DNA from: Thraustochytrium aureum
Lineage: Eukaryota
Assembly: GCA_012862495.1 (NCBI GenBank)
Contig: BLSG01000288.1
Coordinates: forward strand, 1 to 33,898
Length of the DNA stretch: 33,898 bases
Direction of reading: 5' to 3'
This document shows positions 22,409 to 32,560 of the stretch, piece by piece (the first letter of the stretch is position 1; each line of letters opens with the position of its first letter). The notes beneath the pieces are model-generated. The model searched no databases. It worked only from the letters and a program-made list of their open reading frames with translations, and was not told where the DNA came from. Position numbers and translations under genes: made by a program.

Positions 22409-25400
22409 ATGGATGACGCCAACGGCGCGGGGCCAGACGGAAAATGTCACGCGTTGCTTGGGACCAAACCGTTCGGACGCGACCCCGAGAAAGGAACGCA
22501 GGACGACGCTGGGCGCCGGGACAAGGATCGAGCAAGCCCGAGGCGCTTGAGCGGCGACGTTCAGGTGCGAAGGCATTCGAAAACGATTAGGCGGCTGTCC
22601 TTTGGCGAGGCGAGCGCTGGTGGCTCGAGAATGTCGCTTGATGATGCCAGTGAAGGCAAAGGCAGAGGTGGTGGGCGTACAAGCTCATCAAGCATAGATG
22701 CGCTTGGCTCGGGTAGTCGGCGGTCGTCGTTCGAAGGTTCGAGCATATTGGAGCGGACGGGCTCCTCGCGACAAAACCTTTTGTCGCAGAGCTCGGGCAA
22801 ATTTGTGGCTCGGTTTTCGAGCAACAAATACAGATTTCGAGTGCCCCAAGCCGGCGAAGGCAGCGAGCGGTTTGGGGGCTCGGATCTCGCTACGTTGGGC
22901 CGCAGCGTGCGGAGAGGCTCTTGCGGGTTTTCCGCGCGGACCTGCGGTGAGGTGGCCAACGCCCAGGCACAACTGGGCGCTATTACTGGGGCAGGCCACT
23001 TCGAGCCGCTCGACTCGGAGGAGCGCTCGCACGTTCTACGGTCCGTAGGGCACTCAGCCGCACAGCGTGCTGCAGAAGTGGAAAAAATGGCATTGCGCAA
23101 CGCCTCCAAGGACGACTCGTTCTCCAAGACTCTCATTGAGGGCAGTGGCAAGCTGCAGCAGGGCGACGCCCGGTTCCTCGCCACCTGCATCAAAGCTGCA
23201 GTGGCACGACCGCCATGGTCTCGCACAGACGCTGAGGTCGGCATTTTGGAGCTCTGGCTCCGGCAATTCGGCATATTCCGCAATCTGGCGGAACACGCTC
23301 GGCGGCGCGTCGCGCGAGCGCTGGCGCTGGTGCGCCTGAACGAGGGCGATGAGCTCTTCCGACCAGGCGATTCTAACGAAACGGGAATGTTCATCATACT
23401 TGTGGGCTCGCTCGAGATGCAGAGCGAGCCTGAGCGTGTTGCAGATGGGCGCTTTGCTGCAACGCTAACGACAGGCGACGCCGTCGGTGCTGTGGCACTG
23501 TCCAACCCGACCGGGAAACGAGATGCTGTAGCCCGAGCGACGTCAAAGTCGCAGCTTTTGCAGCTTTCCGCGCGGGCGTTTCATTTCTTGGTGGCCACCG
23601 AAGGCGAGACCACTGTTACGACGCTAGAGACGCTTGACAACAGTATTGGAGCAAAGCCTGGCGAGGAGGAGTTGGAAGCCAGCACAGGCACGGCGAGGAA
23701 GAAAGAGTCGCGCGAGCGAGCGAGTGAGGTCAAGCTCGTCCAGGTTTTGAAAACCGAGCCTGCCAAGCGCTCAGCGGACAGTCTCGAGTTCCTGTTTAGC
23801 TTGGTGAAGCACATCCACCTCTTCCAGCGGCTACCACGGCGAGAAGCGCTGAATATGTGCAGGTACCTTCAAGCTCGCGATGCCAAGCCGGGGCAGCTCA
23901 TCGTGACGGAGGCTCCGACGCTTGTTGTGGTTGCCAGTGGTCGCGTTGGGGTCTATTTTGACGAGCAGCGCCCCGTGGGCACGGGCATTGAGGCTGGGGC
24001 GAAGTCCCCCAAAGGCGGCACCACTAACAGCAGCGGCAGCGGCAGCAGCAGCAAAAGGGTTGTCGCGACAGCGGCTGCCTCAGACGAGCTGAGCGAGTCA
24101 AGCAGCTGGTACGATTCTGACGAGTGCCTTGGACCCGACGGCAAGCCAGTCGCAGACGACGACGGCAGCGAAGACGGCGATTTCGCGGATCCGCGATACA
24201 GTAGCTTTGTGAATGCCTCCGCGGCGGGGCTCGCAAACAAGTACGTCTCACTCGATGCGAGACGACGCACCCTTAGCAAGATGCAGGCGGTGCATCGGCT
24301 CAACTCGAGGAAGGCGAGCGACCGAATCTCCTTGATGCAGAGCGGGAAAGGGTCTGGGAAGTCGTTCTCATTTGCGAATCAGTCAATCCAGCTGCGAGAA
24401 AGCCACCAAGGCTCGGAGAGAGAGACACTGGTGCGCATCCCAGCCAGCGACTCGTACTACACGCGATACAAGCGCAGCTCCGTCGCGGCGGTCGAGAGCC
24501 GCGCTCCGGAGGAGTGGAAAGTTCGGGAAGCGACCTCGATCCGCGCATGCACGTTGCACCCAGGTATGGCGTTTGGAGAGGAGAGCGTTGCCGCAGCGAT
24601 CAAGGAGAAGCACCAGTGTGGGCCTATCGCGCAGAGCGCAAGTGGCACTCTTGATGCGAGCCGGGCGCCTTCGTTTTTGCGCGAGCTGGAGCGGTCGGCT
24701 AGCTCGCGGAGCAAGCGCTGCCTTGACGAAAGCACGGGCTGCGCGCCGAGCGCTCCTTGGAAGAAACTACAGTACAGGGCGTTGGAGCCCACCTTGATGA
24801 TGTCGCTGAGTGCGTCGGACTACTTTGCCGTGCTTGCCAAGCTCGGGCTGATGGAGGGCCGCGACGCTCCAGAGGCTGTTTCGCGCGAGGCCTTCCGCAA
24901 GTCTCGCTTAAGTGTCTTGTCACAAAGCATTCATGACATGACTTCCTCTGCCGCCGAAGCCCGCATGGAGCGCAGTCGCGAGCGCGCGAGGCGCCGATCT
25001 GTTCACCTTCAAGCGCAGAGGGAGCTTCCGACCGCGGCCGTGCCAGCAGACGAATGCACCCTATACAAGCTGTTCTCCACCAAGGCGACGCTTCGCAAGG
25101 AAGACGACGTGAAAAACGCAGAGCAGATGCTTTCGCAGATGCCCTACTTTCTCCAGCTCCCGATTTCGACACGCCTTCAGATGTGTCGATTTGCCAAGCT
25201 AGAAAGGATCAACAAAGACCGCGCAATTGTGCAGCAGGGCGAGAAGGAGGCCCGCAAGTTTTTCATCATCCTGTGCGGCTCAGTAAGCGTTCATGTCAAG
25301 TCGGGCGTCGCCTCATCAGCTCCGCAGCCAGTCCAAGGCGCGGATGATGAGGGCCAAAGCGGGAAGGTTGAACACATTGAGGCCCCAAACGTCGCGCCGT

Positions 25401-28400
25401 TTGGGACTTGCATCGAGTCGTTCGGCGAGTGCGTGCGCTTGATGCAGCCAGGCACCGCGTTCGGTGAGTTCGCGATGCTTTCACCGAGGTTGGCCGCTCC
25501 GCGTCGGTGCTCGCCAGGGAGGGGTCGTGTCTGATGGTGCTGCACTACATCGACTACGCGCGAATTTTCCGCCTCAACATAGACTTTGACACGCTCCAGC
25601 TGAAGGATCACCGATCGCTAGACGCTGAGACGCGGGCTGCCCTTGAGACGCCGGCGCACGAGCGCGGCGAGGAGCACGTGAGTCGGATAATGCACTGGGC
25701 GGCCCATCTCCCGTTTTTCAAGTCGGTCCCTCCCTCCTCCCTCAACACCTTCTGCCGGGACCTCGGTTTGCAGACTGTTCGGGACGGGGAGGCTGTATTC
25801 AAGCAAGGCGAAAGCGCATCCCACGTCTTGCTGGTCCTCGCCGGCGGTCTATCGATGCACCAGATCCGCAGCTGGGACTCTGAGAGGGTCCTGCAGAAGC
25901 TCCAAGAGCTCAAAGCCCGGATCCGTGAAGAGCAGACCCTGGCTGAGATGCAAAAGATCGACGAGGAGGAGGCGCTTTTGGCGACGCCAGCCGGGCGCAA
26001 GCTAGCTCGAGCAACGCTCTCCGAAGCGGACTTGATGTGCTTGTCAGCCAAGCCAGTTGCGGCCCGAGATCGCTCGAGGCGCAGACGGCGCGTGAGCCAG
26101 ACAGAGGATGACCTGGAGCGTCTGATCGTCCAGCTTGAGCTAGACGCCATCGAAGGCGTCCGGCACTCCAGGCGCTCCGCGCGGCCCGAGTCCCGCAATG
26201 CTCGAAACCGGATTGAAGGTTGCGCGCTGCACATTGCCTCAAGGCGAGGCGCTAGGCAGAGCTCTATCGGACGACGCAGTCTGGTCGCCCTAGACCGCGT
26301 CATCTCGGCCGATCCGAAAGTTCGTCTTGCAAATCTGGCGCCGCGTACGGACCTCTGCGGCCTTGGAGGCCCTGGCGATTCGCCGAGCTCTCGCCAAGGG
26401 CGGTGCCAGGGCCTCGCTTGCGTTGGATGTAGCAGATGCACTGGTAGCGATATGGAGGGCTCGGACAGTGACTCCAGCGACGACGAGGCGAGCCTCGCCT
26501 CCTCCAGCGACCACAGCGTGGAGACCTCGAGTTCTGGCGCCGAAGCCATCCTGGGCAGCCACGGGGGCGAAGGGGCCAACGCTTGTGCGAGCAAGGCCAG
26601 CCGCAACACGGCCGTCTGCGGCCGCGAGACGAGCCGCCCAAGCGCCACGAGCTGCGCCGGGAGCAGGGAGCAGTCGAGCGGGGCGGAGCAATCCGACGGG
26701 CATAGGCAAGCAAGCATGGTGCTCAAGCGGGCCAACGCCGTGGGAACTTGTTGGCAAATACGGCCGAGCTCCTAACTCTTGCGCAGCGCATCTCGCGGTT
26801 CGGTCGGTGCACAGACGCGGTCTCTGTAGGCGGGACGGTCGGCGAGCTCACAGTGGATGCGTCGTACAGAACCAAGTACTCTGCGTCGCGATGGCGGCGG
26901 CGCGCCACCGCCCTTGCTCGAGGGTACTCTGAGCTCCTGCTCATAAGCAAGGCTAGCTTTGACGCTGCAGTCCGAGAAAACCCGTCAATGATCTCGCCCG
27001 AGGTTATCCGCGACCTTGTTCGCAAGCCGTTCCGGGAGCGCACGGTGGAGGACTCGAGCTTGCTTGAGCACCTCCTGGTGCGCATCGGGTTTCTGAAACA
27101 AATCGCGCGGGACGGCCGGCTGCTGCACAAGCTAGCGGAGATAGTCGAGGTGGAGTCGTTCTCTGCTGGCGTCCCTGTGTTTGTGCAGGGCGAGAGTGGG
27201 GACAAGATGTACATCATTTTGCAGGGCGTCGTCCAAATCCGCAAGCAGAGCAGGAACGGGCGCGCCGCGGAAGGCGCGCCAAGCCGGGGCGTGCTCCGAA
27301 AGCTGCCGTGGGAGGTGGCGATGAGTCGGCACTTTGGCAAGCTCGCCGTCGAGCTCACCGTGGGCGACTGCTTTGGGGAAGTTGCTCTGACCAGCCAGGC
27401 CGTCCGGAACGCGTCTGCGGTGTGCCTGGAGCCGTGCCACCTGCTCATCTTGACGCGGAAAGCGTACGAGGCGACCTTGAAGGCGGTCGCTGACGAGATA
27501 GTCTTCCAGCCCGCCCTGGCGGAGAAGGCTGTGACTGGAGAGGTCGCCGGGGCGAGCGAGGACGTCTTTGGAGCAAGCAACAAAACACAAGGGATTCTGG
27601 CGCTCATAGAGCACTTTGACGTGGTGCAGCGTGTTGCCAGAAGAATGGGCATGCCACACTTGCGGCGGATCTGCGAGCACCTGGAATACCGCTCCCTGCC
27701 AGCGGGGACCTCCGTGTCTGTTCGAGGCGAGGCGCCCGGGGAAATGCTACTAATTGTGCGTGGCTCAGTCTTGGTGCTGAATGGCGAGCTAGCCGATGTT
27801 GAGGATGCTGCAGCGGCTGCCGCCACCCATGGGTTGCAGGCTGGCGAGGCCTCTGAGGGCCTCGGTTCTGGGGCGCCCGGGAAGGGAGCGTTTATTGGCC
27901 AAGGTGCTACCGGCGCGAGCGCGGGCACCCACGCTCATTTGGGGCCAGGTCCCAGCGCAGGGCGGCGCAGCCACGGACCGCATTGGACGCAGCTGGCCAA
28001 GGTCTATGGCCCGGGGAGCACCCTGTGTGAAGGTGCGTTGACTCTGAACGCCCCAGAGGTGGTCTCGACGCGCACCTTGGAGCGCGTCGTGGTCATGTCG
28101 CTCAGGGCACCGAGGTACGACGCGCTGTGGCCAGCAGAAGCGAGGGCAGGTGGGAGACTCTGGTGCCTGCAGAATAGCTTTTTGTTTGCGGAGGCGTCCC
28201 CGCGCGAGCTGCAGCTACTAGTGCACCTCATGGACTTGGAGACGTATCGTGGACAGTCGAGCGTGCCTGCCACAGACTCGCTGATCATTATCCTCAAGGG
28301 AACGTGCGAGATATCTTTGCGGCACAAGGCTGGCGCTACACCGACGGTTCTCGCCGACATAGGGTGCAACGAAACGTTCGGCGAATCGTATGTTGTTGGC

Positions 28401-29124
28401 AGGGCCCGGAAAGCGGACGCGGAGGCGGGCATGGCGCAGAATAACGGTGGTGTCGCCGAGACGTGCAAGTCAGTGCACGACGAGTCGCTCTCGCTTGTTG
28501 CGAAAGGCTCTCTGGAGCTCTTCCGAGTTGGCGCGCAGCAGGCTGCTGCAGTTCTGGGCCCGAAGACAATGCGGCGCTTGCGCAAGCTGTGCGCTACCAA
28601 GCGCGCTTGGCGCTTGGCCTTTTTGTCGCACCAGGCAGGCGTCACAGAGGCCTTTCACTCGCGTGACCTCAAGCAGAGTCAAAGCAAACTGCAGAGCGAG
28701 CTGCTTACGGAGATCCCGCGCTCACAGCCGCGGAGTCGGCCGCTCTGATGGGGGCGTCGCGCGCCGCATCAAAGGGATCCCGGGCAGCGGCCGTGATGCC
28801 GCGCTCGCGGACATGGCGCCGATGTCCGTGACCGCGCGCGCGCCCTCCAAGATTCGCGGCAACGTCTTCGAAGGCGGAACCTGGATGGACGTGCACCTCA
28901 GGCAGGCGGCGGAGGAGTCTGCGTGGCAGCCACCTCACCAAGCCCTACCGACTAGAGATGCGCGCTTGACGCCTTCGTCGCTGGCGCCGTGCGCAGCGGC
29001 TCGAACTTGCGTCCCGCGACGACCAGCAGGCGGGGTAGCGTCGTCTCGCAAACCGCCGATGCTCTCCACATTTGGGCGCAAGCTTTCCGGTGTCATCCCG
29101 CGTGGCAAAGCCGTTGCACAGTAG
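22409..29124 (+). CDS. Multi cyclic-nucleotide-binding (CNB/cNMP) domain protein, ~7 domains, no catalytic or transmembrane domain seen (frameshifts at ~25480, ~26743, and probably ~28716 and ~28752)
   Basis: Repeated CNB signatures: LFRPGDSNETGMFIILVGSL..GDAVGAVAL...KRDAVARA; IVQQGEKEARKFFIILCGSV..GTAFGEFAML..GRSASV; VFKQGESASHVLLVLAGGL; VFVQGESGDKMYIILQGVV..GDCFGEVALTSQAVRNASAVC; plus three more degenerate copies. ORFs 22286, 25507, 26748 and 28390 are linked by successive -1 frame steps. The 3' end is 28748 if the last two shifts are not errors. Confidence 0.85.
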
Positions 29125-29137
29125 GAAGCCGAGCTGC

Positions 29138-29171
29138 TTGATTGAATCATTGAATCATTGATTGAATCATT
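29138..29171. repeat. Short (ATTGAATC)-type tandem repeat in the convergent 3' intergenic region
   Basis: TTGATTGAATCATTGAATCATTGATTGAATCATT, read directly from the sequence. Confidence 0.7.
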
Positions 29172-29354
29172 TCTCAACGATGGCTGGCCGAGGAAGCACC
29201 TGCAAGTCTGTTCATGAAAAAGGCTCGTTGGTCTTTGCGTTGGTTTTTGCGTCTGTTTACTCCGCGTCCACAACCTACCGTATTGCCGAGCGGGGCGGCC
29301 CCGCTCTTGGCAGGTCTTGTGCACGCCGTGCAGCAGTGCAGAAACGTCGGCACG

Positions 29355-30203
29355 CTAAGCAAGGTGCTTTGCGTGGAAGCGCAAGTGGTCCTCGACAAAG
29401 GTGGCGATAAAGTAGTAGGAGTGGTCATAGTCCTCCTGGAAGCGAACCTTGACGTCAAGGTTCTCGTTCGGGCCACTGGCCTCCACAAACGCCTCCGGAA
29501 GAAGCTGCTTTTGCTTGTAAAAGTCATCCGCCAGACCCTGGTCGCAAAGCACCGGCAGCTTGGGGCCCGAGTACCGTGAGGCCAGCACAGTGGCGTCGTA
29601 CTCGCTCCAGGCAGCCTTGTTCTCCTCGCCAAGGTACCCCGAGAAGGCCTTGGTGCCCCACGGGCAATTGATCGGGTTGCAGATCGGGGCAAACGCGCTG
29701 CAGCTCTTGAACATCCCGGGGTTCTTCAGGGCGCAGATGAGCGCGCCATGGCCGCCCATGGAGTGGCCGAAGACCGACTTGTTCGAACCATCAATCGGCA
29801 GCTCGGCGGCAACGAGATCCTGCAGCTCCTTGACAACGTAGTCGTACATGTTGTAATTGGCGGCGAACTTTGGCGTCGTCGCGTTGACGTAAAATCCGGC
29901 GCCAGTCCCGAAGTCGTACGCCTCGTCTTCGCCCTCGACGCCAGCGCCGCGCGGGCTCGTGTCTGGAGCGACGAGGGCCAGCCCGAGCTCGGCTGCGATG
30001 CGCTGGGCGCCAGCCTTGGTCGTAAAGTTCTCATCCGTGCAGGTGAGCCCACTAAGAAAGTACACCACAGGTACCTTAGCGGACTCGGCCTCCTTCGGCA
30101 GGAAGACCGAGAAGGTCATGTCCGTCTTGGTCGCGGTGGAGGCATGCTTGAACTGCTTGACCCAGCCGCCAAAGGCTTTGTTCTGCTTGACAAGGTTGAG
30201 CAT
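29355..30203 (-). CDS. ESD: S-formylglutathione hydrolase (esterase D)
   Basis: 282-aa ORF from ATG 30203 with YFLSGLTCTDENF..KAGAQ, APDTSPRG, DFGTGAGFYVNAT, nucleophile elbow GHSMGGHGAL, SAFAPICNP..CPWG.KAFSGYLG and YDHSYYFIATF.EDH. TAG at 29357-29355. Confidence 0.97.
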   Translation of the reverse strand: MLNLVKQNKAFGGWVKQFKHASTATKTDMTFSVFLPKEAESAKVPVVYFLSGLTCTDENFTTKAGAQRIAAELGLALVAPDTSPRGAGVEGEDEAYDFGTGAGFYVNATTPKFAANYNMYDYVVKELQDLVAAELPIDGSNKSVFGHSMGGHGALICALKNPGMFKSCSAFAPICNPINCPWGTKAFSGYLGEENKAAWSEYDATVLASRYSGPKLPVLCDQGLADDFYKQKQLLPEAFVEASGPNENLDVKVRFQEDYDHSYYFIATFVEDHLRFHAKHLA

Positions 30204-30841
30204 CCTTGCGCTCCTCTCTGGTCTCTGTCCCGACGCGGCGGAGGAATCCCGAGTGGTCCAGGCCGGGGTCGACGTCCGATCCCGATCTCTGTTCGACGGC
30301 CACGCCGACGGCTTGCGCCACGCCACTGCGCGCCCAGCCAACCGCAAGCCTGCCTGCGCACCGCGCGCTCGAGCTAGCCGCGCCTCCGGTCCTCTGCCTT
30401 GGCTGCCTGGCTGAGTGATTGATCGTCTGCGCGTCGAATTGTGGTCTGGTGCAAGATCAGACTGAGTCACATTCGGCGTCGTTGGTTTGTATCCTTTTCT
30501 TGCTGCTCATCGAACGACGTCCCGGCGCCGTGGGCTGCGTGCGCGACAGGGGCTGAATGTAGAGTACTTACTCGTTGATGTAGGCCTACTACTGCTCCAT
30601 GATCGAGCGGGCGCTGGTCGGGTTTTGCGAAAGGTCGAGCGCGGCCCGAAAGCACGTGTGTTTTTTTATAAAACCGAACGACAGGGAGTGGGGTGGCGCG
30701 GCGACAGGGCGGCCCGGTCAACGCGGCGCGACTGCGGGGCGCCACGCGCAGATTGTACTTGCCGGCGGGGGTCTCGCTCTCCCGCTTTCGCTGTCTCTCG
30801 CTGCGCGCTCTTGAGAGGGAGAGCTGGATGCCGTCTCGCGC

Positions 30842-31039
30842 TCACACCATCGAACTGCTTGTCTTGCCAGCGATTTTGTCGACCAGCGAGCTGACCACTG
30901 GGAGGTTGAGGAATGTCCCAATGAACGGAAGGCTCCGCAAGAAGGAGAGCACGAGGGGGAAAAAAGACCCGAAAAGGTTGATGAAGCCAAAGAGCTCCAC
31001 CAACATGCCAAACACCGGCCAGCCAGACATGACCAGAAC
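30842..31039 (-). CDS. GOT1: Golgi vesicle transport protein Got1/GOLT1, exon 2
   Basis: VLVMSGWPVFGMLVELFGFINLFGSFFPLVLSFLRSLPFIGTFLNLP...MV* is the Got1 C-terminal half and is in frame after the AG acceptor. Confidence 0.92.
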   Translation of the reverse strand, partial: VLVMSGWPVFGMLVELFGFINLFGSFFPLVLSFLRSLPFIGTFLNLPVVSSLVDKIAGKTSSSMV

Positions 31040-31185
31040 CTACCGCGTTGGCAGCGCAGAGAGACATATCGTTTGCCTGTCAGCGAGCCCGTTGCAGCAG
31101 CAAAGCAAGACAAGCTCGCCGCAGAGCCAGCGCCCGTCGCATTCCGGAGCGCCCAGGAGCGAGCGCTGCATGCAGATCAACTTAC
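31040..31185 (-). other. Spliceosomal GT-AG intron, 146 nt, phase 0, in GOT1
   Basis: Donor ATC|GTAAG at 31185, branch-like GCTGAC at ~31084-31079, acceptor TAG|GTT at 31040. Removal gives continuous ...TFLGGI|VLVMSGWP. Confidence 0.92.
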
Positions 31186-31431
31186 GATTCCGCCTAAAAA
31201 TGTGACAATCCCGCGCCAGCGGCGCTCCCAGCGCTCGCGCATGCGCTCACCCATCAAGCCGAAGAACTCGAGCGTGCGGCGGACTCCGCTGAGGAATGAG
31301 AACCCGACCAGGAACAGGATGTTGCCCATCGCGAGAAGCTTGCGGTCGAACAGGAGCAGCATTCCCAAGAAGAGGAAGAAGACCCCCAAAAACAGCAAAA
31401 ACGTGCCGATCTTTCGCTGGTCGCTGATCAT
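31186..31431 (-). CDS. GOT1: Golgi vesicle transport protein Got1/GOLT1, exon 1
   Basis: MISDQRKIGTFLLFLGVFFLFLGMLLLFDRKLLAMGNILFLVG...RTLEFF...RGIVTFLGGI matches Got1 motifs (KIG, FD..LLA.GNILF, T..FF). Confidence 0.93.
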
Positions 31432-32513
31432 CTTGGCCCGGGTTGGCTGAGCTGCCTGCCGCTCACTGCAGCGGCGCTCCGGCCCGCCCGCCTGCCTGTC
31501 CGCTCGCGCCCCTCGCGCGTCTGTGAACGCGGGCGGCGCTGGAGCGCAGCAAGAAAATAAAATCTACGGCCCGCGCCGCTCGACCGGTGCACAGGGCCAA
31601 GCTCGCCCGCCCGCAGCCTCGCCGGCCGCCCGCCCGCGATGTCGACTAGAGCCGCGCCCTCCCGCGCTGCTCGCTACTGCTGCGCGCTGCGCGNNNNNNN
31701 NNNNNNNNNNNNNNNNNNNNNNNNNNNNNNNNNNNNNNNNNNNNNNNNNNNNNNNNNNNNNNNNNNNNNNNNNNNNNNNNNNNNNNNNNNNNNNNNNNNN
31801 NNNNNNNNNNNNNNNNNNNNNNNNNNNNNNNNNNNNNNNNNNNNNNNNNNNNNNNNNNNNNNNNNNNNNNNNNNNNNNNNNNNNNNNNNNNNNNNNNNNN
31901 NNNNNNNNNNNNNNNNNNNNNNNNNNNNNNNNNNNNNNNNNNNNNNNNNNNNNNNNNNNNNNNNNNNNNNNNNNNNNNNNNNNNNNNNNNNNNNNNNNNN
32001 NNNNNNNNNNNNNNNNNNNNNNNNNNNNNNNNNNNNNNNNNNNNNNNNNNNNNNNNNNNNNNNNNNNNNNNNNNNNNNNNNNNNNNNNNNNNNNNNNNNN
32101 NNNNNNNNNNNNNNNNNNNNNNNNNNNNNNNNNNNNNNNNNNNNNNNNNNNNNNNNNNNNNNNNNNNNNNNNNNNNNNNNNNNNNNNNNNNNNNNNNNNN
32201 NNNNNNNNNNNNNNNNNNNNNNNNNNNNNNNNNNNNNNNNNNNNNNNNNNNNNNNNNNNNNNNNNNNNNNNNNNNNNNNNNNNNNNNNNNNNNNNNNNNN
32301 NNNNNNNNNNNNNNNNNNNNNNNNNNNNNNNNNNNNNNNNNNNNNNNNNNNNNNNNNNNNNNNNNNNNNNNNNNNNNNNNNNNNNNNNNNNNNNNNNNNN
32401 NNNNNNNNNNNNNNNNNNNNNNNNNNNNNNNNNNNNNNNNNNNNNNNNNNNNNNNNNNNNNNNNNNNNNTTTCGGCCCCAAAACCGAGGAGCAGCGACGC
32501 GAGAAGTTCAGGC

Positions 32514-32560
32514 TTTGCCTTGCCTTGCCTCGCCTTGCCTTTGCCAAGCGTTTGCCTTGC
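32514..32560. repeat. Degenerate (GCCTT)n microsatellite
   Basis: TTTGCCTTGCCTTGCCTCGCCTTGCCTTTGCC...TTTGCCTTGC, read directly from the sequence. Confidence 0.7.

Noticed and set aside
9200..28754. Euplotes-type programmed frameshifting or tiny introns explaining the frame breaks
   Set aside because: I saw no AAA-TAR or common X-XXY-YYZ motif at the sites and no consistent GT..AG micro-introns; single-base repairs restore the domain consensus.
5571..29124. Pseudogene status for the HECT, NAGLU, TPLATE-like and CNB genes
   Set aside because: Only small indels, mostly in homopolymers, with no in-frame nonsense codons and with intact conserved motifs; consensus error is more parsimonious.
29355..30203. 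Bacterial origin (frmB/yeiG HGT or contamination) of the esterase
   Set aside because: The family is native to eukaryotes, the gene is contiguous with intron-containing GOT1, and its codon bias matches SERINC and RSL1D1.
30204..30470. N-terminal extension of esterase D
   Set aside because: Arg/Ala-rich UTR-like translation; the family-typical start and length fit ATG 30203.
1110..31431. Functional endomembrane gene cluster (SERINC, NAGLU, TPLATE-like, GOT1)
   Set aside because: The genes are interleaved with unrelated ones on mixed strands, scaffold order is uncertain, and there is no evidence of co-regulation.
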